Below are positions 18,059-27,763 of a stretch of 64,000 bases of DNA, piece after piece. Position 1 is the first letter of the stretch, and each line of letters begins with the position of its first letter. This stretch comes from an uncultured Melioribacteraceae bacterium. GTDB taxonomy: Bacteria; Bacteroidota; Ignavibacteria; Ignavibacteriales; Melioribacteraceae. The notes beneath the pieces are model-generated. The model did not search any database. It was not told where the DNA came from and saw only the letters and a program-made list of their open reading frames with translations. The DNA lies in assembly GCA_964621225.1 (NCBI GenBank), contig CAZULK010000001.1:3888-67887 (forward strand), given 5' to 3'. A program made the position numbers and the translations under genes.

Positions 18059-19338
18059 CAACCGCTGTTCCTTATATAAAAAATATAAATGGTGAATTAA
18101 CCTTACCTGGCGATAAATCGATTTCCCACAGAGCCGTTATGTTTGCGGCTATGGCAAAAGGTAAATCAATAATTAAAAATCATCTCGATTCTGCCGATGT
18201 GAATTCCACTATCAATATAATGAAAAACTTGGGCGCAGTAATTGAGTTTATTGATCAAAATACTTTGGAAGTAACCGGGGTTGGATTTAAAAATTTTAAC
18301 CCCTCTTCAACAACTCTGGATGCAGGAAATTCAGGTACAACTGCAAGATTGATGAGTGGTATCTTGAGCGCTCAAAATTTCACTTCTTCAATTTACGGCG
18401 ACGAATCCCTATCCAAACGGCCAATGGACAGAATAATAAATCCATTGAAATTGATGGGTGCGCAAATTGAATCTGATAGAGGGAAATTACCCTTAACAAT
18501 TTATCCCTCCAATTTACATCCGGTTGATTATGAACTTCCGGTTGCCAGCGCCCAGGTCAAAAGTGCCGTGCTGTTGGCAGGATTGCATTTGGATGAAACC
18601 ACACATGTCATTGAGCCTGTTCAATGCAGAAATCATACGGAAGTTATGCTCGGTTTACCTGTTGAAATTAAGGATGGAGTCCGTATTATATCATCAAATA
18701 ATTCTTATTATCCTGTTCCTCAATCTTACGAAGTCCCTTCGGATATTTCCACCGCTGCTTTTTTTATTGTTGCTGCGTTGATAAAACCGGGTTCGGAATT
18801 GTTATTAAAAAATATCGGACTGAATGAAACTCGAACCGGAATTATCGGAATTCTTAAGGAAATGGGCGGAAAAATAGAAGTAGTTAATGAAAAAATTATT
18901 GCCGGTGAGAAAATTGGTGATCTACTTGTTTCTTCGAGTGATCTTCAAAATGTTGAAATTCCGGCAGAGATTATTCCCAATATAATTGATGAGATACCAA
19001 TACTTGCCATAGCAGGTTTGTTTGCCGAAGGGGATTTCGAGATTAGAAATGCTAGTGAACTAAGAGCTAAAGAGAGTGATAGAATTAATTCATTGGTTCA
19101 TAATTTCAGAAAAATGGATTTGGATGTAGCGGAGTTTGATGACGGATTTATCCTGAGCGGTCTACCGGATCTTAATAAAGAATATTCATTCGACAGTTTC
19201 GGAGATCACAGGATTGCAATGGCATTTTCGGTTCTTGCTTCACAGCTGAAGGAAGGGGGAAAGATTGCGGACCCGGAATGCGTAAGTATTTCCAATCCAA
19301 AATTTTTCGATCAATTAAAACAGATCTCGAATTTATAA
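18055..19338 (+). CDS. aroA: 3-phosphoshikimate 1-carboxyvinyltransferase (EPSP synthase)
   Basis: LPGDKSISHRA, GNSGTTARLMSG, ELRAKESDRI, DHRIAMAF motifs. ATG 18055 forms an ATGA overlap with the trmH stop (ORF track lists GTG 18043). Confidence 0.95.
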   Translation: MTTAVPYIKNINGELTLPGDKSISHRAVMFAAMAKGKSIIKNHLDSADVNSTINIMKNLGAVIEFIDQNTLEVTGVGFKNFNPSSTTLDAGNSGTTARLMSGILSAQNFTSSIYGDESLSKRPMDRIINPLKLMGAQIESDRGKLPLTIYPSNLHPVDYELPVASAQVKSAVLLAGLHLDETTHVIEPVQCRNHTEVMLGLPVEIKDGVRIISSNNSYYPVPQSYEVPSDISTAAFFIVAALIKPGSELLLKNIGLNETRTGIIGILKEMGGKIEVVNEKIIAGEKIGDLLVSSSDLQNVEIPAEIIPNIIDEIPILAIAGLFAEGDFEIRNASELRAKESDRINSLVHNFRKMDLDVAEFDDGFILSGLPDLNKEYSFDSFGDHRIAMAFSVLASQLKEGGKIADPECVSISNPKFFDQLKQISNL

Positions 19339-20958
19339 TTCGATTATTTGATGGGTGAATCTATTTACCTTTAACTCCGAAAAAAGAAATTTCACAAAAT
19401 CCAATCCGTATTTATTCAAATAATAGAGAATGTTTATTTCTCTTTCCTGTAGATTGTTATTCGGGAAAACAAGACTTTTAGCTTTGTTCAGTTGATTTAA
19501 TGTAATTTGATACTTATTCTGCTGAGCTTTCTCAACCTTTTCTTTTAATATTTCCAGGTTTTGAAATAATCTCTGTTTGTTTTTCTCTACGGAATCTATC
19601 AAAGTTTTATCAATCTGTGCAATGTTATTTTTCATCTCTTCGAAAATTGAATTAAAATTCTTATTTGCCTCATCGAATAATTGTTCGGCCTGATTTCCGT
19701 CAAGCCTGCTGATTATCTTCGATATCAGCATATCCGGATCGATAAAAATTTCTCTTAATTCAATCCCTATTTTGTCAATTAATCTTGCCGCATTTTTCTC
19801 CAATATAGTTGCAGAGGCTCTTGGATAAACAACCGGATCTCTCATTTCAAAAAATTCATACAATGGTTTTAATTGCGCGTAATAGGCTATCTCTCCCGGT
19901 CCTCCCACATAAAGTAAATTCGGTAAGATGAAATCTTGGCAAACGGGTCTGAGTAAAACATTCGGACTGAATTCTTCCGGAGAATTATTTATCAGTTCAA
20001 GCAACTCTTCTTTTGTGAATTTTTTTCTTTTCCCTTTTAATCCGAACAATTCATCTTTCGGCTCGATTAAGTGTCTGCCTCCTTCATAATTCATAAAAAG
20101 ATTAACCGGTTTCACTTTAACCTGAGCATGATAAACTTCCTCCAGTTCGGCGCTCAATTCTATAAGATCATCCACATGTTCAGAGTAATTCGAAATTTCT
20201 TTTTCGAATATTGGTTGCATCAACTTTTTCACTCCGGGGTCTTGCGGGTCTAATATAATGAGCCCAAATTCATCGAAGAAGAAGTGCATTAGTTTTTTAA
20301 ATGCAGAAGCAAGTGTTTCTTTAGAATTATAGAATTTATTTATTATTCCTTTTAGTTCCTCTTTATATTCAGTATCATTTAAAGTTTCAAATAGGCGATC
20401 CAATGTTTGATTAATGCTGGGTTTTAATTTCAATTGTCCTACGGAACCTCTGTTTGCATCAACTTCTTTGCCGTCGTCGTATTCAATTTTTCTTAATTTA
20501 CCTTCTTTGTCCAATAAGTTTACGAATTGTATCTCTGCAAAATCATGATCATCTCCGGCGAGCCAAAATACCGGGACGAAATTAAATTGAGTATATTTTT
20601 GTTTAAGGTAATCTGCTAACTTTATTGCTGTAATGGCTTTGTAAATTGTGTACAAAGGACCGGTAAAAATTCCAACCTGCTGACCAGTAGTAATAGTAAT
20701 TGTATTATTTTGTTTTATAAGAGAAAGATTTTTTTGAGTGAGTGCGGAAACTTGAAGCCCTTCATACTGAGCTTTTAGAATATCAAATAATTCTTCCCGA
20801 TTCCCATTGTATTCGGCTAATGTTTTATTACAATTATACTCTATGCTATCAATTTTGTTAACATCGAATGAAAAATATTTTTCAACGTTTTCGAATTCGT
20901 ATAAAAAATCTAAATAAATATTTGATTGACCCGGAAGATCAGAGAATTTCAATTCCAT
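19333..20958 (-). CDS. bshC: Bacillithiol biosynthesis cysteine-adding enzyme
   Basis: 541 aa, N-terminal LPGQSNIYLDFLYEF and TGQQVGIFTGPLYTIYKAITAIKLA, VFWLAGDDHDF, GGPGEIAYYAQL, typical of BshC. Confidence 0.85.
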   Translation of the reverse strand: MELKFSDLPGQSNIYLDFLYEFENVEKYFSFDVNKIDSIEYNCNKTLAEYNGNREELFDILKAQYEGLQVSALTQKNLSLIKQNNTITITTGQQVGIFTGPLYTIYKAITAIKLADYLKQKYTQFNFVPVFWLAGDDHDFAEIQFVNLLDKEGKLRKIEYDDGKEVDANRGSVGQLKLKPSINQTLDRLFETLNDTEYKEELKGIINKFYNSKETLASAFKKLMHFFFDEFGLIILDPQDPGVKKLMQPIFEKEISNYSEHVDDLIELSAELEEVYHAQVKVKPVNLFMNYEGGRHLIEPKDELFGLKGKRKKFTKEELLELINNSPEEFSPNVLLRPVCQDFILPNLLYVGGPGEIAYYAQLKPLYEFFEMRDPVVYPRASATILEKNAARLIDKIGIELREIFIDPDMLISKIISRLDGNQAEQLFDEANKNFNSIFEEMKNNIAQIDKTLIDSVEKNKQRLFQNLEILKEKVEKAQQNKYQITLNQLNKAKSLVFPNNNLQEREINILYYLNKYGLDFVKFLFSELKVNRFTHQIIEL

Positions 20959-21125
20959 TTTAGCTCCAATTTTAATTGCAAATTTAAAATAAATAAAAGC
21001 TAATTGGTATTTTTTGTTTGGAATATTTAATTACCAACCGGTTTTTAGCTAAATTAGAGCGATAAAGAAAATCGTTCTAATTATTACTATTTTTACAACA
21101 AAAGAGACGAAAAATTAGGATAATA

Positions 21126-21992
21126 ATGAAAATTAAATTGCTGCTTTTTTTTCTGATTGTTCCATTGTTCATCAATGCCCAAAATAAAAAATTAGAATTC
21201 GAATTTTTACCTGAGGGACTCCATTTCATTCCTTTGAAAGCTAATTTTAGGGAAGCCCGAATCGGAGTAATGGCTTATACCAATAATTTAAATCTTAAAG
21301 TTGATCTGGGCAATAGCATTGATCTTCTTAAATTTACATTTCCCTCAAAGAAAATGGTTCTGACTTTTGGAATGGAGTTTATGGCTTATGCCTTGGCCAC
21401 CGACTATAATGGACTTCATTTGCAAATTGACGCAATAGATGGTTTTTTTGGGGGGAGTGCTACTTTTTCCCATGAACAAAATAATGGTAAAAACTTTGTG
21501 CGGTTGAGAATCATTCACAATTCAGCCCATTTGGTTGACGGGCATTACGATTTGTCAAAAGATAAATGGATAGACGGTATAAAACCAATACCGTTTACCA
21601 GAGACTTTGGGGAGTTACTTTTTGCGAAGGAAATTGATTGGAATGTATATAGATTAAGAGTATATGCCGGACCAACTTATTCAACTCTAGTGCGTCCCCA
21701 AGTAATAAAAAAATGGTCTGGCAGCTTTGGGTTTGAATTTGCAAATTCAGAATGGTTGGGAAGTTTGTGGGACCACCCGGTTAATTCTTTTATAGCATTG
21801 CATTCATTCATAATGGGAACGCCAAAATATAGTCTTACTACAAACTATATGCTAGGCGTTAAATTTGGTGAATGGAATGGAAAGGGAGTTATTTTTTACA
21901 TTTCCCATTACATTGGAAATAATATTTTCAGTGAGTATTATTATAACCGTATATCCAAAACGGGTATCGGATTTTTTGTTGATTTTAATTAA
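21126..21992 (+). CDS. Predicted outer-membrane beta-barrel protein, paralog A (DUF1207-like guess)
   Basis: Signal peptide LLLFFLIVPLFINAQ, alternating beta-strand pattern, C-terminal aromatic (FFVDFN). Shares FxPLxAxFxExRxG and RLRxxHxSAHxVDGHYD motifs with the ORF at 25769. Confidence 0.65.
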   Translation: MKIKLLLFFLIVPLFINAQNKKLEFEFLPEGLHFIPLKANFREARIGVMAYTNNLNLKVDLGNSIDLLKFTFPSKKMVLTFGMEFMAYALATDYNGLHLQIDAIDGFFGGSATFSHEQNNGKNFVRLRIIHNSAHLVDGHYDLSKDKWIDGIKPIPFTRDFGELLFAKEIDWNVYRLRVYAGPTYSTLVRPQVIKKWSGSFGFEFANSEWLGSLWDHPVNSFIALHSFIMGTPKYSLTTNYMLGVKFGEWNGKGVIFYISHYIGNNIFSEYYYNRISKTGIGFFVDFN

Positions 21993-21998
21993 GAGAGT

Positions 21999-22961
21999 TT
22001 GGAAGAGAATAAGAAAAAATATTTCTCCTTTGGCGCTAAGCTATTTATAACAGTAGGAATTCTATACTATGTATTCAATTACGTTGATATTAAATACGCT
22101 TGGGACACGTTTAAAGCGGCTGACATAGTTTATTTTTCCGCTTCGATTTTACTACTGCCCGTACTCCTCTTATTTCAATATTTGAAATGGAGATTGATTT
22201 GCAATAAGTTCTTAAATGTGAATTCGAATGAAAAAATTATTTCTTCATTATTCCAAGGATATTCGGCGGGAATATTCACACCATTCAGAATTGGGGAGTT
22301 CATAGCAAGAAAGTTTCCATTCAAAAATTCTTCATTAAAAGATGTTACAGTTGCAACTTTTATTGATAAATTTTCCACCATGTTCGCAATTTTATTCGTT
22401 GGTGTTATTTCATTGATTTTATTGTTATCAATTTTTGATTTGAAGATAGGAGATTTTCGTCAAATAGCATTGATAACTTTAATGATATTACTACTAATAT
22501 TAGTGCTGATTTTATCTCAATTATTAAAAGCAAACAATGTTGAAGAAAAGAGAAATCCTCTTTCGAAATTATTGATGCAATTGCCTCTGTTAATTTGGCT
22601 TCAGAATAAATTGGAATTAAAATCTAAAAATACAAGTGAAGTATTTAAAAATTCGCTCATTTATGCTTTCCCGGTTGCGCTGGTAATTCCAATGCAATAT
22701 GCATTGCTATACCATTCATTCGATAATTTATCTCTACCGGTGGGATTCTTAATTGCCAATGCAATTTTATTTATTAAGTTTTTTGTCCCGCCGGTTACCA
22801 TCGGTGAAATCGGGGTTAGGGAAATTATTTCGGTTTTTGTGTTTACACAATTGGAATTGAAACCGGAAATTGCCGTAAATGCTGCAATCATTGTTTTCCT
22901 TGTTAATCTTGTTATTCCTTCGTTAATTGGGATCTATTTTACTATAAGGCAAAAATTATGA
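21999..22961 (+). CDS. Polytopic membrane protein, lysylphosphatidylglycerol-synthase TM-region / flippase-like (UPF0104) family
   Basis: About 8 hydrophobic helices. FTPFRIGEFIARKF and PPVTIGEIGVRE resemble the paired GG(L/I)G(V)xE loops of PF03706. TTG start. Confidence 0.55.
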   Translation: MEENKKKYFSFGAKLFITVGILYYVFNYVDIKYAWDTFKAADIVYFSASILLLPVLLLFQYLKWRLICNKFLNVNSNEKIISSLFQGYSAGIFTPFRIGEFIARKFPFKNSSLKDVTVATFIDKFSTMFAILFVGVISLILLLSIFDLKIGDFRQIALITLMILLLILVLILSQLLKANNVEEKRNPLSKLLMQLPLLIWLQNKLELKSKNTSEVFKNSLIYAFPVALVIPMQYALLYHSFDNLSLPVGFLIANAILFIKFFVPPVTIGEIGVREIISVFVFTQLELKPEIAVNAAIIVFLVNLVIPSLIGIYFTIRQKL

Positions 22962-24061
22962 TACTTATAATTATCATAATTATATCGGGACTATTTTACG
23001 CCTCTTTTTTGCTTTCCGTGTATAACGGATTGAAAAAATTAAAGGAAAGATCAAATAATGAAATTATTAAATCCGTTTCGCTTATCATTCCATTCAGGGA
23101 TGAAAGAGAAAATCTTCCCGGTTTAATTGATTCATTAAACGGGTTGGAATATCCGGAAGAGAACCTTTCAATTATTTTTATTGATGACGGTTCCCAAGAT
23201 GAAAGTGTCGAAATAGTGAAGGGAGCTAAATTAAAATTCAAATCTAAATTATTACATTCAGAGAATGGCGGTAAAAAAGGTGCAATTCAAAAAGCGGTTA
23301 ACGAAACCGATAGTGAAATAATAATGATAACCGATGCGGATTGTGTGCATCATCCTAAATGGGTAATGTCTATAGTTAAGTACTTTGATGAATCCACCGG
23401 TTTTATTGCCGGACCTGTCATATTCTCGGGCAAAGGATTTTTTAATGAACTTCAAAAATTAGAGTTTGCTGGGATTGTAATTGCTTCTGCGGGACTGATT
23501 GGCAACGGAACACCTTTTACTTGTTCTGCCGCTAATATCGCTTTCAGAAAAGAAGCTTTTCTCGAGGTTTCCGGGTATTGGGGGAACGAACAAATCCCTT
23601 CAGGTGACGATGAATTCTTAATGCAGAAAATTGCATACGAATCTAAATGGGATGTGAATTATGCAATTGGCGAAGAGGTGATTGTATCGACAAAACCTAA
23701 TGAAAGTTTAAAACAATTTTTTAATCAAAGATCGAGATGGGCGAGCAAGGGATTGGATTACAAAATAGGTCGAATTAAATATTCGCTCATTATGGTTGCG
23801 TTATTTTTCATTTCGATTATTGCAGCTTTTATTTTGAGCCTCAATAATATTGCATATTTATTCGTTGCAATTCTGGCAATTATTTGGAAAATTATTTGGG
23901 AATTGAAAGTGATGCTGCTGGGGAAGAAGAAAATAATTCATTCGCTTTCTCTGAAATATTTTTTGGTTGCCGAAATTTTTCATATTCCATATATCGTCTT
24001 TAGTGCATTGGCCGGTACTTTTGTTGGTTATACTTGGAAAGGAAGGAGAGTATCGAAATGA
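22958..24061 (+). CDS. Membrane-bound family-2 glycosyltransferase (processive type, D,D,D,QxxRW)
   Basis: SLIIPFRDE, FIDDGSQD, ITDADC, SGDDEFL, QRSRWA motifs with N- and C-terminal TM helices. ATGA overlap with the upstream gene. Confidence 0.85.
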   Translation: MILIIIIIISGLFYASFLLSVYNGLKKLKERSNNEIIKSVSLIIPFRDERENLPGLIDSLNGLEYPEENLSIIFIDDGSQDESVEIVKGAKLKFKSKLLHSENGGKKGAIQKAVNETDSEIIMITDADCVHHPKWVMSIVKYFDESTGFIAGPVIFSGKGFFNELQKLEFAGIVIASAGLIGNGTPFTCSAANIAFRKEAFLEVSGYWGNEQIPSGDDEFLMQKIAYESKWDVNYAIGEEVIVSTKPNESLKQFFNQRSRWASKGLDYKIGRIKYSLIMVALFFISIIAAFILSLNNIAYLFVAILAIIWKIIWELKVMLLGKKKIIHSLSLKYFLVAEIFHIPYIVFSALAGTFVGYTWKGRRVSK

Positions 24062-24690
24062 AGTGGCTCTATTCTCCGCCGGCTGCAATTCGCAGGATAT
24101 ATAAAAATTTTTATTGGGAAAGTAAGGTTGATAAAATATTATTAACATTCGACGACGGACCGATTCCTGAAACTACTGAATCGATTTTGAAAATTTTGTC
24201 CGATTTGAAGATTCGAGCATTATTTTTCTGTGTGGGAGAAAATATAGAAAAATATCCTTCTTTAGCTAAAGAGATAGTAGCGGAGGGGCATAAAATTGGG
24301 AATCATACTTATAATCATGCCGACCTGCTTTTTGCAAGAAAAGAATATCTGAGGGAACAGGTAAACAAATTCGAAACGATATCAAAAGAAGTATTTGGAA
24401 CCGGCTCAACCTATTTTCGTCCTCCCAAAGGGAGGATACCAACGTTGAATAGATTTTATAACTCTTTCGATCATAAGTTTATTATGTGGGATCTGTTAAC
24501 AAGGGATTATAAAAATGATCTTAATATTGTTAAATTTGCTGTTCAAAATTATTTGAAAAAGAATTCAATTGTTGTGTTGCACGATAGTGTGAAAAGTAAA
24601 AATATAATTATTGACTCAATCAAAATTGTAGCAGAATACTCAGAAAAATCGGGATTTATCTTCGGGGAACCTTCAGAATGTTTGAAATAA
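24058..24690 (+). CDS. Polysaccharide deacetylase (CE4, NodB homology domain)
   Basis: LLTFDDGP (motif 1), GNHTYNH (motif 2), FRPPKG (motif 3), VVLHD. ATG 24058 gives an ATGA overlap and follows GGAAGGAG. Confidence 0.88.
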   Translation: MKWLYSPPAAIRRIYKNFYWESKVDKILLTFDDGPIPETTESILKILSDLKIRALFFCVGENIEKYPSLAKEIVAEGHKIGNHTYNHADLLFARKEYLREQVNKFETISKEVFGTGSTYFRPPKGRIPTLNRFYNSFDHKFIMWDLLTRDYKNDLNIVKFAVQNYLKKNSIVVLHDSVKSKNIIIDSIKIVAEYSEKSGFIFGEPSECLK

Positions 24691-25769
24691 TTTTTTTAAT
24701 TGCGATAACACTTTATTTCATCCAAGTATTCGTGTTTTCCGTTTTCATAAGGAAAAAATTCCCCAAACTCAAAGATGAAGAGTTACCCACTGCTACAATT
24801 ATTGTTGCGGCAAGGAATGAAGAAGAAAATATTTTGCGCTGTATCCAATCTCTGGATAAATGCGAATACCCCGATGGAAAACTGGAGATTGTAATTGTTG
24901 ATGATAATTCAACCGATAATACATTTAATATTGTCGAAGAGTATATAAGGGGGAAGGAAAAATTTAAATTAATAAAAACTGAAAAACAATTCGATAATAT
25001 TAAAGGTAAGGCAAATGCAATTGCTAATGGCATCGAGAATTCTTCAGGGGAAATTATTTTAACTACCGATGCGGATTGTATCGTCCATCCCAAATGGGCG
25101 AAAACACTTGCATCATACTATACTGAAGATGTCGGTATGGTTTGCGGTTATACTAACCAGACCACAGATAGTTTATTCTCCACAATTCAATCAATAGATT
25201 TTCTTTATTTGATGTCCGTTGCTGCCGGCACGATGAATCTTAAAAAACCGACGAGTTGCATCGGAAATAATATGTCCTACAGAAGGAAAGTTTATGAAGA
25301 GGTTGGGGGATATCAAGCTTTACCTTTCAGTGTTACAGAAGATTTTCAGTTGTTAATGGCAGTAAATAAATTAGGGAAATATCAAATTATCTATCCAATG
25401 GATAAAAATGCATTGGTTACCTCCAATGCATGCAAAGATGTGAAGTCTCTCTATTGGCAGAAGAAAAGATGGGGAGTAGGAGGTTGGGAGGCACCTCCGT
25501 TTGCATTCATGGTAATGGGAACAGGGTGGTTCACACATGCGTGTATTGTTCTATCTCCGTTTTTCTTTTCTCTGAATGTTTTTTATTTCATCTTTGTGAA
25601 ATTGCTCTTGGATTATTTCCTTTTGAAACATATTCATAATGTTTACGGTCTTAAGTTTAAGTTTTATGAATTTATTTTGTTCGAGTTTTATTTCGTAATT
25701 TATGTATTCCTGCTACTTATAGTTGTAATTTTCAGTAAAAGAGTTGTTTGGAAAGGAAGAGAATATTGA
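24678..25769 (+). CDS. Second membrane-bound family-2 glycosyltransferase, paralog of 22958..24061
   Basis: TIIVAARNE, IVDDNSTD, TTDADC, TEDFQL, QKKRWGVG. Multiple C-terminal TM helices. Confidence 0.85.
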   Translation: MFEIIFLIAITLYFIQVFVFSVFIRKKFPKLKDEELPTATIIVAARNEEENILRCIQSLDKCEYPDGKLEIVIVDDNSTDNTFNIVEEYIRGKEKFKLIKTEKQFDNIKGKANAIANGIENSSGEIILTTDADCIVHPKWAKTLASYYTEDVGMVCGYTNQTTDSLFSTIQSIDFLYLMSVAAGTMNLKKPTSCIGNNMSYRRKVYEEVGGYQALPFSVTEDFQLLMAVNKLGKYQIIYPMDKNALVTSNACKDVKSLYWQKKRWGVGGWEAPPFAFMVMGTGWFTHACIVLSPFFFSLNVFYFIFVKLLLDYFLLKHIHNVYGLKFKFYEFILFEFYFVIYVFLLLIVVIFSKRVVWKGREY

Positions 25770-26593
25770 TGAAAAAATTTTTAATAATAGTGCTGTTTTT
25801 TGTTTCAGTGAATATATTCGGACAATTCGGTAAGTGGTTCCCCGATAATTTAACGTTCAGACCATTCGAGGCATATTTTTTAGAACCTAGAATGGGCTTT
25901 ATGTTCGAACAAAATAAAAATGATATTCGATTGAATATAGGCAGTTCAATGGATATCTACAGAAGAGAAATTGATAATAAACAATGGTTCTCTTTCGGTG
26001 CGGATATGTTTACATATACTTTGCTCCGGGGAGAAAAGGATTTCCATTTCCCGGTTGATGCCGTTGATTATTTATTCGGATTCAATTCATCGTATGTCAA
26101 TGCTAACAAAGGGAAGGAATACGGAGCCAGGCTCAGATTTTCTCATATCAGTGCTCACTTTGTCGATGGGCATTACGACGGAACAACGGCGTCGTGGAAA
26201 AATGGGAGAAACCCTCAAGTATATTCGAGGGAATTCTTTGAACTTTTGGCATACTACAAATTTCTCGATATACGTTTTTACGGAGGTGCTACTTACATCA
26301 TTCACATAGATCCTCTTACAATCGGCAAGGATATATATCATTTCGGATTTGAATATTTTTCCGGTCCGTTATTCGATTTTAAATTATATCCATTCATTGC
26401 TTACGATCTAAGAATATTCAAAATCGACCAATACGATACAAACAATACTATTGTACTCGGTGTAAAAATAGGGGAGAAGAATTCTAAAGGATTTAGAATT
26501 TATTACGAATATTATAAAGGGAAAAATATTCACGGTGAGTATTTCGACCTGAATGAAGAGTATTCTGCTTTCGGATTTAATTTGGAATTCTGA
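25769..26593 (+). CDS. Predicted outer-membrane beta-barrel protein, paralog B (DUF1207-like guess)
   Basis: ATG 25769 (TGATG overlap) gives signal peptide MKKFLIIVLFFVSVNIFGQ. Shares the RLRFSHISAHFVDGHYD motif with paralog A. C-terminal FGFNLEF. Confidence 0.65.
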   Translation: MKKFLIIVLFFVSVNIFGQFGKWFPDNLTFRPFEAYFLEPRMGFMFEQNKNDIRLNIGSSMDIYRREIDNKQWFSFGADMFTYTLLRGEKDFHFPVDAVDYLFGFNSSYVNANKGKEYGARLRFSHISAHFVDGHYDGTTASWKNGRNPQVYSREFFELLAYYKFLDIRFYGGATYIIHIDPLTIGKDIYHFGFEYFSGPLFDFKLYPFIAYDLRIFKIDQYDTNNTIVLGVKIGEKNSKGFRIYYEYYKGKNIHGEYFDLNEEYSAFGFNLEF

Positions 26594-27588
26594 TGAGAGA
26601 AGGATTTGAAAACATATTCGTAAATAAAAAGAGAAAGAAGAGTTTCTATTCTTCGCCTTTGTTCCACCTTCTTCTTTTTGTTATTACGGTAATCACAACA
26701 TTGATTGCCGGAATGCAGTGGACGACGGCAACGGCAGGACCGTATGAAATATCTGATTTTCAAAGAGCAATTCCATACACTGTTTCAATTTTGTTTATAC
26801 TTTCCTGTCATGAATTTGGTCATTATTTTGCCGCAAAATATCACGGGGTTGATGTTACTCTGCCATATTACATCCCATTTCCCCCTATACCTCTGTTTAT
26901 CAATTTTGGTACAATGGGTGCGGTAATAAGAACTCGTTCAGTCATCAGGTCCAACAAAGCTATGTTTGATATTGGGGTGGCAGGACCAATTGCCGGATTC
27001 ATTGCGAGTTTAATTGTATTGATTTATGGGTTTACTCATCTTCCTCCGGTTGATTATCTGCTTGCTATTCATCCCGATTATTTTAGTCCCGATTACGGCA
27101 AAGATGCATTAAGTTTGACATTCGGAGATACGCTTCTATTTTCGTTTATACGTGATTTATTTGCGTCTCCCGATGCCTTTATTCCACCGATGTCGGAAGT
27201 ATATCATTATCCTTATTTATGTGTCGGCTGGTTCGGTTTGTTTGTTACGGCAATGAATATGATTCCCGTTGGTCAACTTGACGGCGGGCATGTAGTATTT
27301 TCGATGTTCGGAGAAAAGATTCATGAACATGTTGCTGGAATCTCACTTCTTTTTCTTGCGATATTCGGATTTCTTGGAATCTTTGATTCTCTTTTTGAAC
27401 TGAATCTGGGAATCGGCTGGAGCGGTTGGCTGTTTTGGGGTTTCATTCTTTATTTTGTAATTAAAATGAAACACCCGCCGGTTCATACTTTCGAAAAATT
27501 AGGTGTGGGAAGAATGGCGTTGGGATATTTTGCAATATTGATTTTGATAGTTTCTTTTTCACCGGCGCCGTTAGTCCTTTCTTTATGA
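26593..27588 (+). CDS. Site-2 protease family (M50) intramembrane zinc metalloprotease
   Basis: HEFGHYFAAK HExxH in a TM helix and NMIPVGQLDGGHV (NxxPxxxLDG) motif. TGATG overlap with the upstream gene. Confidence 0.88.
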   Translation: MREGFENIFVNKKRKKSFYSSPLFHLLLFVITVITTLIAGMQWTTATAGPYEISDFQRAIPYTVSILFILSCHEFGHYFAAKYHGVDVTLPYYIPFPPIPLFINFGTMGAVIRTRSVIRSNKAMFDIGVAGPIAGFIASLIVLIYGFTHLPPVDYLLAIHPDYFSPDYGKDALSLTFGDTLLFSFIRDLFASPDAFIPPMSEVYHYPYLCVGWFGLFVTAMNMIPVGQLDGGHVVFSMFGEKIHEHVAGISLLFLAIFGFLGIFDSLFELNLGIGWSGWLFWGFILYFVIKMKHPPVHTFEKLGVGRMALGYFAILILIVSFSPAPLVLSL

Positions 27589-27589
27589 C

Positions 27590-27618
27590 TTGACAATTGG
27601 TAACGGCTTAACTAATTT
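27590..27618 (+). promoter_or_regulatory. Candidate sigma70-like promoter (TTGACA-17 nt-TAATTT) ahead of the lipoprotein/BNR/PorV-like gene string
   Basis: TTGACA 27590-27595, 17-nt spacer, TAATTT 27613-27618. Leaves a ~140-nt leader before ATG 27764. Confidence 0.3.
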
Positions 27619-27763
27619 GCAAGCCAAAATGTAAGGAATTACTTATAGGAATAATTGATACTGATTTTGTTTAACCGGGAAGAGAATTGAATCGGATAAC
27701 CTATATGCGAATGTCCTTACATATCCAACCACTTCAAACTCTTCTCATTAATTTATTTGGTGA

